The translations under genes were made by a program, and so were the position numbers. This document shows positions 10,928-22,400 of a DNA stretch of 64,000 nt, one piece after another. Below the pieces are notes generated by a model. That model had not been told where the DNA came from, did no database searches, and saw nothing but the letters and a program-made list of their open reading frames with translations. Positions within the stretch are counted from its first letter, which is position 1. The number at the start of each line of letters is the position of its first letter. Source of the stretch: Guillardia theta CCMP2712 (Eukaryota; Protista; Cryptophyta); NCBI RefSeq assembly GCF_000315625.1, contig NW_005434630.1, positions 62,001 through 126,000 of the forward strand, in the 5' to 3' direction.

Positions 10928-12109
10928 TTAATCGCTGTCGGAATCTTCTCCTCGACCTCTTCGTCGCCTCGCGCGAGCTTCCTGCATCGAATCCGTTCAT
11001 CACAATCATGTCACCCAGCTCTTGCCTCATTACCTCATCGTTCTCGTCACCCGATTCTCTGTTGCGTTTTCGACCTACATCCAAGCGTTTCAAGGCGGGT
11101 GTGGTGACTACAGAACATTGGTACCAGACTTGTCGTCCTCATCGCGGTCGCGGGTGAGATCGCGATTCTTGAATCGCTTGTCAAGCTCTTCATTCCTCGA
11201 ACTGACTCCACCAGATGCGTAAATTCCTCCTGAACGGCGAGACGCGCTTTGAGCCGCTTCTGCTCATCAGAAATTACTCCCATCATCTAGACAGCACGAA
11301 TCTCCGAACCAATGTCCACTGCTCCTGCGACCTGACAAACTCTTCCAAACCCTCCGCGCCCCTATGAGAAAGTACTTGACAGGCTGCTATCACTCCTCGC
11401 ATTCAAGTATACCAAATCAAAGTCGAGTCGATACTCGTCGCGGACCTGACAACTAAGTTCAAAACCACCTGCTGAGCAAATACCTTTCCTCCTCACCTGT
11501 CCTCCACTTTTTCCTCGTCCATACTTCGAGTAAAACCAAGGTAAGGCAAATACAAATCAAGAGGCTTAAAAAGCACTACCTGCCGTCCCTCCACAAATCC
11601 TGGGTCTCTATCAAGTCTGCGACAGCTGTCAAAATTGCAGACCAACCAGTGAATCTCTGCCTGATTGGACGATCATCCAGCTTCAGTCCATTCAGGTATC
11701 GGATGGAAGCTTCAGTATCTTCTTCAGTGTAATACCTTGAATAGGGAGTCATGTTGCTGAACTGTGACTTGTGTACTCACTCAACGAAGCAGAAGCCGCA
11801 AGGTGTCTTCTGGAAGCGATCGAGCCCCATGATCACCCTCTTGACCTGTTCAAGAGTTTATTGCACGCATCATAAAACCCCCGAGGACGGACCTCCCCAC
11901 ATCTCGAGAAAAATTCGTAAATTTGAGCCTCTGTGGTGAAATACGAAAGGTTGCCAATGTACAAGCAGGTAGACTTCTCTATAGCTTGATGGTACTCCTG
12001 CAGTTTCTGTGAGCCTTCCTTACAACTCAATTTCAAGTACCTCATAAGTCATGCCACTATGACGATCGAAATATGGCGTTCTTTCATACTGGCAATAAAG
12101 ATCTGCCAT
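10928..12109 (-). CDS. NCBP2: Nuclear cap-binding protein subunit 2 (CBP20), multi-exon
   Basis: Spliced MADLYCQ...STCLYIGNLSYFTTEAQIYEFFSRCGE|VKRVIMGLDRFQKTPCGFCFVE|YY...LDDRPIRLDRDPGFVEGRQ|YGRGKSGGQ|VRDEYRLDFDL|GRGGFG. Splicing of the 3' tail is less certain. Confidence 0.95.
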
Positions 12110-12424
12110 GAGGCCTGCAGGATCGCATGTCCGTTAGTTGATCTATTCTCTCCAAATCTTTGTGTTATCCTATTTTCAGTTATACCAGCTTCCTCCTCAT
12201 CGGAATTTTACTTGATCAACTTTTCTTCTGAACATCAACTACTTGTTTGCTGTATTTCTCGAATCTCGGTTATGCCTTTCCATCATACACAAACACGGTC
12301 TTGAGGTCTTGAGTCCATCAAGACAATTCAAATCCTTGATCGTCTTTTCCTCTACCTCTAGTTCTCCTGCACCTTCATATTTCCCTCTCCCTCTTCATAT
12401 TTTACACAGCAGCTGCGCAGAACA

Positions 12425-13020
12425 AGCACGCAGGCCCGCAGGCCCGCAGGCCCGCAGGCCCACGCAGGACGGTTCCGAGGCGGGCTCCGAGAAGTCCGAG
12501 GCTGTCACGGTCGCAGCCTCACGGCTCTGCTGACCCCCGTCACCCGGCAGTGTTTGACGGGGCACAAGTTTGTTAGAACGCAGATATCACATCGACCTTA
12601 GTTGTAACAAGACAGTTTTTGCTCAAGACAGAATTTTATGCACACAAAACAAGTATGAGAGAGTAGACTGTATGCTAGGGCCCGATGTGAAACCCACTGG
12701 CAAGCATCCAGACATGAGAGGACCTTAGCAAGACGGCTAGGAAAGCCCCCTCTCCGTCCCACACGCTACATGGGCCGCCCTGAAACACGTAAGAGTTGTT
12801 TTGGTTTACGGGAGAGTTTTTGTTACAGCACGCTTGGCGAGTCCATTATGATTAAGTCAAGTTACCGTACCGTACTAGAGCACCAGGCCAGTGCAGCTGC
12901 GGCGCCAGGCGTCACCGGGCCCATGCATGCTGAGCCTTGGACTCGGAGCCTCCGGGAGGCCTGTGCGGCCCGGGCCCCCCGGGCACCGCCGGCCGGCCGC
13001 TCAGTCGGACCACTAAGTTG
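12425..13020. promoter_or_regulatory. Divergent intergenic region with (GCAGGCCC)x4 and a GC palindrome island
   Basis: GCAGGCCC tandem repeat at about 12430-12461, ACCGTACCGTAC at 12864, GGCCCGGGCC at 12967-12976 and CGGCCGGCCG at 12990-12999. Confidence 0.4.
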
Positions 13021-13461
13021 AACTGAAGGCAGTGCTTCTCTATATCATCACAAGTTTTGGTGCCCTGTAAGATACAAAAGTGGGCGGGCTTGTTATCCTC
13101 TCTGTTGCTACCGGTCTCCCCAGGCAAGCCCTCAAGTCTCAATTTTTCTGTTTGCTCCTAAAGGTTATTTTCACTGCCTTCCTCCCCAGGCCTCCTTGCC
13201 TATAACTCACCTACACTTTTTGCCCTACCCCTGAAGTTGTTCACTCCAGCAAACGTCTTGGCTTATCCATGCTGGACGCACCTCACTACCGAGTCGTCCA
13301 CCTCCACCAAGCTCGAGCATAGCAGGCATGTACAAGGTCGCGTGAAACCTCTACTCTGACCCTCAGCTCTTGGCGCTCTGTCAGCTGGCAACCTCCTGTA
13401 ACCCTCCTAAACCTGATTCTGCAGAAATCGTTTTGTTTTGCCTTTGTTCTACAACCCAGTT

Positions 13462-16400
13462 ATGGTTGGCACTCGATTCTTAATGTTTGTTTGCTTGCTT
13501 GCTGCACTGCACGGGCTAATATCGTGCGAATCTTTCAATGTAAAAATACTTGCTCAACCAAATGATGCAATCGTTTCACAAGTTTTAACAAAGGCTCAAT
13601 TAGACTTCAGCTATGCCAGTCCTTTGAATCAGACAAATTCTTCCTTCAATTTCCTCGCTGCACGCGTTGCCCTCTTCTACGATGCGCTTCCTGTTAACTT
13701 TCTTCATGGACGCAAGCAGATAAACTTGACATCTTCGATAGTAGACTTTACAAACTTGACGATTGAGCACGTCTTCGGAATCAATTTCCAGCTTCGTTTT
13801 TTTGTCTTCAACTGTCAAGGAATTGTCGGTGACATTAACGGAAATAAGTTCGACGTTGCTCCTTACAGTGTACAAATCATAGAGGGACCTAATCGAATAT
13901 ATCTAGGACGCAAGTTTTTGTTTCGGATAGGATTTTTTGACAAACATCTCAAATCAATCGGCAGTTTGGGTCCAATCTCTGTCAATCTAAGGATTGAAGA
14001 AGGGCCAGAGCAGCTTCAGTTTCAAGCAATTTCTTTACAAAACGTTTCTTCAAATGGAACGGTTTTGTTTCAAGACCTCGAGTTCTGGGGTGATGTGAAG
14101 GGGAACTTTTCAGGATTGGTCAAATTCAGATTCTCTGTGCAGTATTTCAACATCACGATCTTTTCCGAGACACTCAATATCATTGGTCTTTTCTGTTCTC
14201 CTTTCGAATGCAAACAAGGAGAGTTCTTTAAAATAGTTAACGACATGTCGTCACAGCAAGTATTTGGACAATGTATCACTTGTTCGCCAGGATTCTACTG
14301 TCCAAATTCATCAGTGTACATGATTCCATGCCCTGAGGGCACGTACCTGGACAGAGCGGGTTCTTCAAGTAGCATGGATTGTGAGGTATGCAAAGAAGGA
14401 AAGTATTCTTCGAAAGGCGCCTCGTTCTGTTCGAACTGTGAGGAAGGATTCTATTGCTCCGAGGGAAACCGGTTTGCTTGTGCAGTTGGGACTTATTCAA
14501 TGTCTAACATGTCTTCATGCATCGAATGTCCATCTGGAAGCTTTTGTCCTCTCAATGGCACGACTCCAATCCCCTGCCCTCCCGGTTCATACTCGCTATC
14601 CAAAGCAGTTTCATGCAGTCTGTGCTCTGCGGGAAAGTGGTCATCATCCGGGTCTAGCAGTTGTGAGTCTTGTCCTCCTGGGCAATTTTTGAAAGAAAAT
14701 CTATGCATTCCATGTCCTGCAGGATTTTATTGTTCGAGCTTGAGTACGATCGCATGTCCGAATGGAACCTTCTCTCTGGGCAATGCTTCTTCATGCTCGA
14801 GTTGTCCGGTCAATACTGTATCTGCCTGCGGATCGACGAACTGTACTACATGTGAGTTTGGGACCAGTTGGAAGTCACAGTGCAGATTTTGTGACATGGG
14901 CTTCTATTCCACTGATGGACGCCCTCCATGCAACTCTTGTCCACCAGGATTTGCATGCCCTGAAATTGGGACAGCAAATCCAGTTCCATGTCCTTTGGGG
15001 ACGGTGTCAGTAGAAAATTCTTCGGAGTGCTCTCCTTGTCCAAAAGGATTTGCTTGTCCCTCTCCAGAGCTGGCCTCCTTGACGATTGCATGTGTTAATG
15101 GAACATTTTCCTTAGGATTTCAATCCAACTGCACCACATGCCCTGCGGGATCTTACTGCACAAATGGAAATTCGATCCCTCGTAGCTGCCCGCCAGGCAC
15201 ATACTCTAAAGAGGCTCAGCCTCAATGCACTCCATGTCCTGTTGGCCATTTTTGTGCTTTTGCCAGCTCTACTCCTGAGCCATGCCCCAACGGCACTTTC
15301 AGGGATGTGACAGGGGCAGCATCTGTGTCGGATTGTTCATATTGTTCTGGCGGTACATTCTCCACATCGCCGGGCTCTTCAAGCTGTTCCTCGTGTCCCA
15401 GTGGATTTCGATGTCCCTTTCCATCATCTCCTCCGGTTCTCTGTGGTGAAGGGCAGTATTCAACTCCAGCTAGTGAGGCTTGCCTTGACTGCCCTGCTGG
15501 CTACAAGTGCGAGGACCCTTCACAGCTTCCTCAACGATGCCCGAATGGTACCTTCTCATCGGGGCGAGCATCTGTTTGCACCACTTGTGGAGCTGGAACT
15601 TTTTGCGTTGATCCTCAGCTTCCTCCTGCTGCCTGCCCAAGTGGAACATTTTCTATGTCTGAAAGCACATCTTGCATGGCTTGTGACCCAGGATACTACT
15701 CTTTGCAATTAGCAAATTGTTCAGAACTTCATTCAGGACCTATTGCTTGCACGAAATGTCCTTTTGGACATTTTTGCAAACCAGATGGCCCACCTGTTCC
15801 ATGTAATGCAGGCTACTTTTCCATCGGTGGTCAAGAAGAATGCTCAATGTGTGAAGCTGGTTATTTCTCGCTTTCGACAGCGTCACATTGTTTTCCATGT
15901 CCAGCAGGGAGCTCTTGCCCACACCAAAATTCCACGCCTTCAGCTTGCACAGCGGGTACTTTCAGTATCTCTGCTATGACATTTTGTCAAACCTGTCCCA
16001 CTGGAGAGTATTCAAACTCAAACTCGAGTTCATGTTTTCAATGTCCTGCTGGTACCTTTTGTTCGTCAAACAGTAAGCCATTAGATTGTCCAATCGGCAC
16101 TTTCTCAGGCGTAGGTTCCTCTGTGTGCACTTTATGTGCGAGTGGCACTTATTCTCTTCAAGGTTCGTCGGATTGTTATGATTGTCCAGCAGGAGCGTTT
16201 TGTGCTTTGAATGACCAAAACGTGTCTGCAACGCCTTTGACGTGCAGTGCTGGATTTTTTTCAGCGGGAAAAGCAACTGTTTGCTTGCATTGCCCCGAAG
16301 GATATTTCTCTCCTTTGAATTCCAGCACTTGCCAAATATGTCCCCCGGGATTTTTTTGTGGAGATGGTAGTTTCAAATTGCCTTGTCAGCCTGGCACGTT

Positions 16401-19400
16401 CTCCTGGTCAAACAGTACCTTGTGCTCACTCTGTGCACCAGGGAAATACAGCAATCAACTGGAAACGTCATCATGTACCCTGTGCCCATCAGGTTCTCAC
16501 TGCCCCTTGGACGGTGTTGTCACTCCAAGAGTCTGTGGCGAAGGCAGTTTCTCCGACTATGGTGCAGTAGAATGCTCTCGATGCCCAAACGGAACCTTTT
16601 CCACCTGTAACTCATCTTACTGCCTTCCTTGTCCACCAGGATCAATCTGCAACTTCGAGTCAGTGAGGCCAATAACCTGTCCTGAAGGTACATTCGCTCC
16701 TGGAGGTTCGTCTGTATGCGAGCTCTGCCCGCACGGCTCATACTCTCCTGTAAACTCTTCAAGCTGCTTTTTATGTCCATCTGGTAGATTCTGCGCCAAT
16801 GGTAGTGTTCCACGTCCTTGCAACGTTGGTAGCTATTCGCTTGAGAGTCAGAACGATTGCACGCCATGTCCCTCCGGGACCTTCACGAATGAGACGGGAG
16901 CTTCGTCCTGCATCTCTTGCCAAGCAGGTTTCTACTGTCATGTAGGATCAACGTTTCCAAGTCCATGCAGCCCAGGATACATATCCTTGGAGTCCTCTCA
17001 GTATTGCACTCAATGCCCTGGAGGTACGTATGCTTCTTCAGCTGCTTCTTCAGCTTGCACTGATTGTCCTCCCGGCCATGCCTGCATCAATGGCTCATCT
17101 TTCCCAACAAAGTGCCAACCAGGAACCTTTGCAGGCTTATCTTTCTCTGCCTGCCAGACTTGCACTGCTGGGAAGTTTTCGTCTTGGTCTTACGAGAGCT
17201 GCATGATGTGCCCTCCAGGCACTCGATGTCCATACGGACTGGGACCCTTTCCATGCCCTGCTGGCTTCTACTCTCCAGGGTCAAGCACTGAGTGCATAGA
17301 ATGCAGTCATGGTTATTATTGCCCTGAAAATTCCTCTGTTCCCATTCCCTGCGTCCCAGGCGAGGCATGTCAAGCTCCATCACGTTCTCCAGAAGCGTGT
17401 GGACCAGGTTTCTTTGCAGCAAAAGGAGCCTACAATTGCACAGTCTGTCCTGCTGGTCATTTCTGTCCATCGGCTTCACTATTCCCCTTTGAGTGTCCTT
17501 TGGGAACATATTCTTTGGGTGCAGAAACCGCATGCCATGGCTGTCCAGCTGGTTTCTTTTGTCCCGCAGTAAATTGTCAGACTAGAGTGAGCAACGAGAG
17601 CATCAATCAATGTCTCTTTCGATGTGCACTTGGAACATACTCTGAGAGCAATCAGACCTCGTGTCAGGCTTGTCCCGCCGGAATGCAGTGCCCTGATGGA
17701 AATCGAAGCATTATGTGTCAAGTCGGCACGTATTCCTTAGGTGCACAAGTCCAATGTCTCAAGTGTCCTGCCGGGTTCCAGTGCAACAACACCTACAGTC
17801 CACCAACTGTTTGCGGGATAGGATTTTACTCACCTGGTGGACTGTCGTTTTGCCTTTCTTGCCCTGATGGGTATGAATGTACCAAGGAAGGGACCATTTA
17901 CCCGCAGCAGTGTGCGCTTGGCCAATGGAGAATAAAAGGCATGATAGCATGTGAGACGTGTCCAGCAGGAATGGCTTGTTCGATTCCCAATGTGGAACCT
18001 GTTCTTTGCACGAATGGAACTTGGTCAACATCGGGATCTACACAATGTACCCAATGCGAACCAGGGTTCTACTGTCCTTACAATGATGTACGAGACCTTC
18101 GTCCCTGTTCCCCGGGAACATACTCTCTAGCAAGCTCATCATCCTGCACCTCTTGTGCTCCAGGATATTATTGTCCCAGCGGAACGAACTCAGGGTTTAT
18201 GTGCCAGGTTGGTACTTATTCTACTGGAGGACAGATTGAGTGCTCCCTATGTCCACCTGGCTATGAATGTCCATCCACAGGCAGTTTTCCCTCAGCTTGT
18301 GCACCAGGATATTACAGCGACTTTGGCAGCACTGCTTGCAATCAATGTCCAGCTGCTTATGAGTGCAAACAAGCTGACAGCCCTCCCACTCCTTGTCCTA
18401 CAGGATTTTGGAGCAGTGGAGGTGCTCAGCTATGCCAACCTTGTGATTCTGGATATCTTTGCAAATTTCCTGCAACTGATCCTTCTCCGAGCAAGGATTT
18501 GTGCCCGACTGGAGGATATTGTTCTGACCCTGCTCGTTTTACACCTTGTCCAGCTGGCACTTACAACAATATTCCAGGATCATCCAGCTCTAGCTGTTGC
18601 AAAGTATGCCCAGCAGGGTACTTTTGCATTGAAGGAACATCAATTTATGAATCTGCTATTTGTCAACCAGGTTATTATTGCCCGACGGGGACCAAATATT
18701 CTATTCAGTTTCCATGTCCTGCGGGATCGTACAATGATAGATCAGGGTCAATGAGTCAGGTGGACTGCGTCTTGTGTCCTCCAGGAGCGTATTGTCCGTC
18801 GGGTTCTTCCACAGGTGGCATACGGCAGTGTCCGCCGGGATACTTCTGTCCTCCTGGGTCTTCACAGCCTAAAGGTTGTCCGTCAGGAACCTACTCAGCG
18901 TCTTACAACCTCTACTCTCAAGACCAATGCGAGACGTGCTTGCCAGGCTCATACTGTCTCGCAAAATCAACGTCTCCCGTGCCTTGTCCCAGGGGATATT
19001 ACTCAAACCACCAAGGCAATCAAGCGGTAGAAAACTGCTTGCCATGTGATGCTGGATTCGCTTGCCCTGGGACAGGCCTCACAGCTCCTCAACTGGGTTG
19101 TGCATTGGGACATTATTGTCCGCAAGGAACTCAATATCCTACTCAATATCCTTGTCCAGGTGGAACGTGGAATCCGAACCGAACTGATTTGATACGAGAA
19201 GATGACTGCCTGCCATGTCCAGCAGGGTACGCTTGTCTCGCGGGGACTGGAAGCTCAAATCAACCGATCGATGTGTGTGCAGCAGGGCATTACTGCCCAC
19301 TTGGAACAGCATTTCCTACCCAATTTCCATGCCAAGCTGGATACTTTTCTCCCAGCCACTCACTGACGAAAGCTTCGCAATGCCTTGCTTGTACAGAGGG

Positions 19401-22400
19401 ATATTATTGTACTGGTGGTTTGCCTTTTGAATCCGGGATCTGTCCGGCTGGATACTATTGTCCACAGGGTACTTCAAGTGATACTCAGTTTCCTTGCCCT
19501 GCAGGGACATTTCTGAATCGCACACGCCAGACTTCTGTTGATTCTTGTGAGCCTTGTCCAGTTGGGGAATTCTGTCCACAGGGCAGTGCAACTCCAATTC
19601 CATGCTATGAAGGAACATTTGCACCCACTGAATATACACAGAAAGCTGGTCTCACGATGCCTGCGATGGACATTTCAACATTTCCATCATGCCTTTCTTG
19701 TACAGCTGGATTTTATTGTCCAAATCGTGGAATGACGGCTCCAATTTCGTGTGGACCTGGGAAATTCTCAGGTTTTGGATATTCTGTCTGTGACCAATGT
19801 CCAGCGGGACACTTTTGTCCCACAGCACAGAACAATACGTACGCGAATGTCATGGAATTCTTCGTCTGTGACGCTGGTTTATATTGTCCACCGGGAATGT
19901 CCTTTGTTCCTGAACCTTTGTCTTCTAGTTGTTCTCCTGCCTACTACTGTCCGAGAGGAACGCCTGAAATGGTCCCATGCCCTTCAGGGACTTACAATCC
20001 CCGCAACGGGTCAAGCTCCATCCAAGATTGCCTTGCATGTCCGGGGGGATACTGGTGCTCACAGAATACGTCTACATTTGTCAACAACCTTTGTGCACCA
20101 GGATACTATTGCCCGGCGGGATCCAAGACGCCGTTCTCTGTGCCTTGCCCAGCAGGAACCTACAGATCAGAGAGTTTTGGAAAAAATGAGTCAGACTGCG
20201 CTGAATGTGTAGAAGGATACTACTGCCCTCCGGCGAGTAAACGTGGATTAGTTTGCCCTGCTGGATCATACTGTCCAAATGGAGTGGGAGAACCAATAAA
20301 ATGTCCTGCTGGTTACTTCAGGAGCTCAGTAGGAGGGCTTGCACTTGCAGATTGTGCATATTGTGAACCTGGATACTTCTGCGATCAACCAGGGTTGATT
20401 CAGCCTTCTGGATTATGTCAACCAGGATATTTTTGCACTTACGGACAATACACGTCAGCCCCCGAGAACGGAGTGTGCTTCGCAGGACATTATTGTCCGG
20501 AAGGCACAAGATCTCCTGTTCCTTGTCCTCCTGGCACTTACAATCCACTCAATGGATCCAAAACAACATTAGACTGTTTGCCATGCCCACCGGGGAAATC
20601 ATGTCCGACCTTTGGGATTGTTCAGCCACCAGAAGCGTGCAGCCCTGGTTTTTACTGCACCCTTGCATCACGATCCTCCTCTCCATCGAACTCGTCGAAT
20701 GGAGGTCTTTGTCCAGCTGGGACCTATTGTCCAGCTGGAGCATTTAAACCGAAGCCCTGCGATCCGGGCTTCTTCGCACCAGTCCCAGCCTTGAGCTCGT
20801 GCCAACGCTGTCCAGCGGGATTCTTTTGCTTCAATCTGTCTACCATTCTTCCACAAATATGCCCCGCAGGTCACTACTGCCCCGAAACCTCTTCTTCTCC
20901 TATTCAATGTCCGCCTGGTTCATATAGCAATTTGACTGGACTGAGGAATATATCTGAGTGCATCCCATGTCCCAAGGGTAAATATTGCTTCAGACAGGGA
21001 TTGCACTCTCCCACGGGAGATTGCTTTGCTGGTCACCTGTGTCTTCAGGGAGCGATCTTCCCTAACGAGACCGTCAATGCCTCTGCTCTCTTCGGCCAGC
21101 GGCTCTCTTTCCCTTGTCCGCCCGGCTACTTCTGCACCACGGGAACGACAGCGCCGACGCCATGTCCTCCCGGTACTTTCTGTCAAGGCAGCAACAGCCA
21201 GCCCGATCCTTGCGCCGCAGGGACGTTCAATCGTAACTTCACTGCTACCAGCTGCAGCCAGTGTGCCGCGGGATACATTTGTAGCCCAGGCGGAGTAGCA
21301 GACTACGTGGCAGGGACGTACTACGCGGCTCCCTCGTTGTATGCCTGCGCGAATGAGAGCGGCGGCGCGGTAGCATGGACACAAGAGACAGCAACTAATG
21401 GGACATACGTGGCTGGAGACGTCGTGACAGATGTAGACGGTAACGCGTATGTGAGCGGAACCGTGTCAAGGGCGAGCGAGGGAGTCTATGAGGTGGTTCT
21501 GACCAAGTATAGTACAGCTGGGAGAGAAGTATGGACGAGTGTGCTGAGCTCGGAGAGCTCTCCGGCATCAGCCCAAGGGATGGCAGTCGCAAGCGCGGGG
21601 TCTCTGTACGTAGGGATCAATCGGGAGGGGGGATGGTCGGTGTTGAAGGTGAGCAGCTGCGGGCAGCAAGAATGGAGAGTGGACGATGCAGACTCTCTCG
21701 AGGACCAGGCGCGGCTCGGGCTGGCGGTGGGAAGCGACGTAGTACTAGTCGCTTGGACCAACGTCTCTGGAAGTACCACTGTCCGGCAGTACACGATGGA
21801 GGGGAAGCTGGCGTGGGAGAGGGTCATGATAGCGGGAGCCGCAGGGGCGAAGGTCATAGCGACAGGGCTTGGGGCTGACGCAGCGGGGGGCGGCTTCATG
21901 GTGGGGATGTACGAGGGACAGTTTGCAGGGCAATATGCCGAGGGGGGATGGGATGGGTTTCTGCTTAGATTTGACGTCGACGGACAACAAGGTTGGGTGC
22001 GAAATTTGGTTCTGTGTCTTCGGACGTTGTTCGAGGGTTAACAGTGGAAGGGAGTGGTATGTTTGCTTATGTTTATGGAGCTTGCAGAACAGCACCGATA
22101 ACGTCAGTGCTGCCCAAGACTCATGCACAGTGGGTATTCGCAGGACTATCTCATCCCCTGTGTCCGGCGCAAGCGATGTGTTTGTCATCAGGTATGGAGC
22201 GGATGGAAACACGACCTGGTCCAAGGCGATTGGTACTTGCGGAAATGATAGACCTGTAGGGTTAGCGGTTGACAGCTTCGGCGGCATCTACCTACTCGGC
22301 CAGTCGCCTGCGGACGCGAGCCGAGGTGGGCCTATAGGCTTCAGCGTCAAGCTGAGCCGGGGCGGGGACCTACTATGGAAGCAGACTTGGGGACAATCAG

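Noticed and set aside
22002-22008. Programmed -1 frameshift at A AAT TTG
   Set aside because: It fits X XXY YYZ, but Z=G is unfavourable. It coincides with a repeat junction, and three further shifts would still be needed, so recombination or an assembly artefact is simpler.
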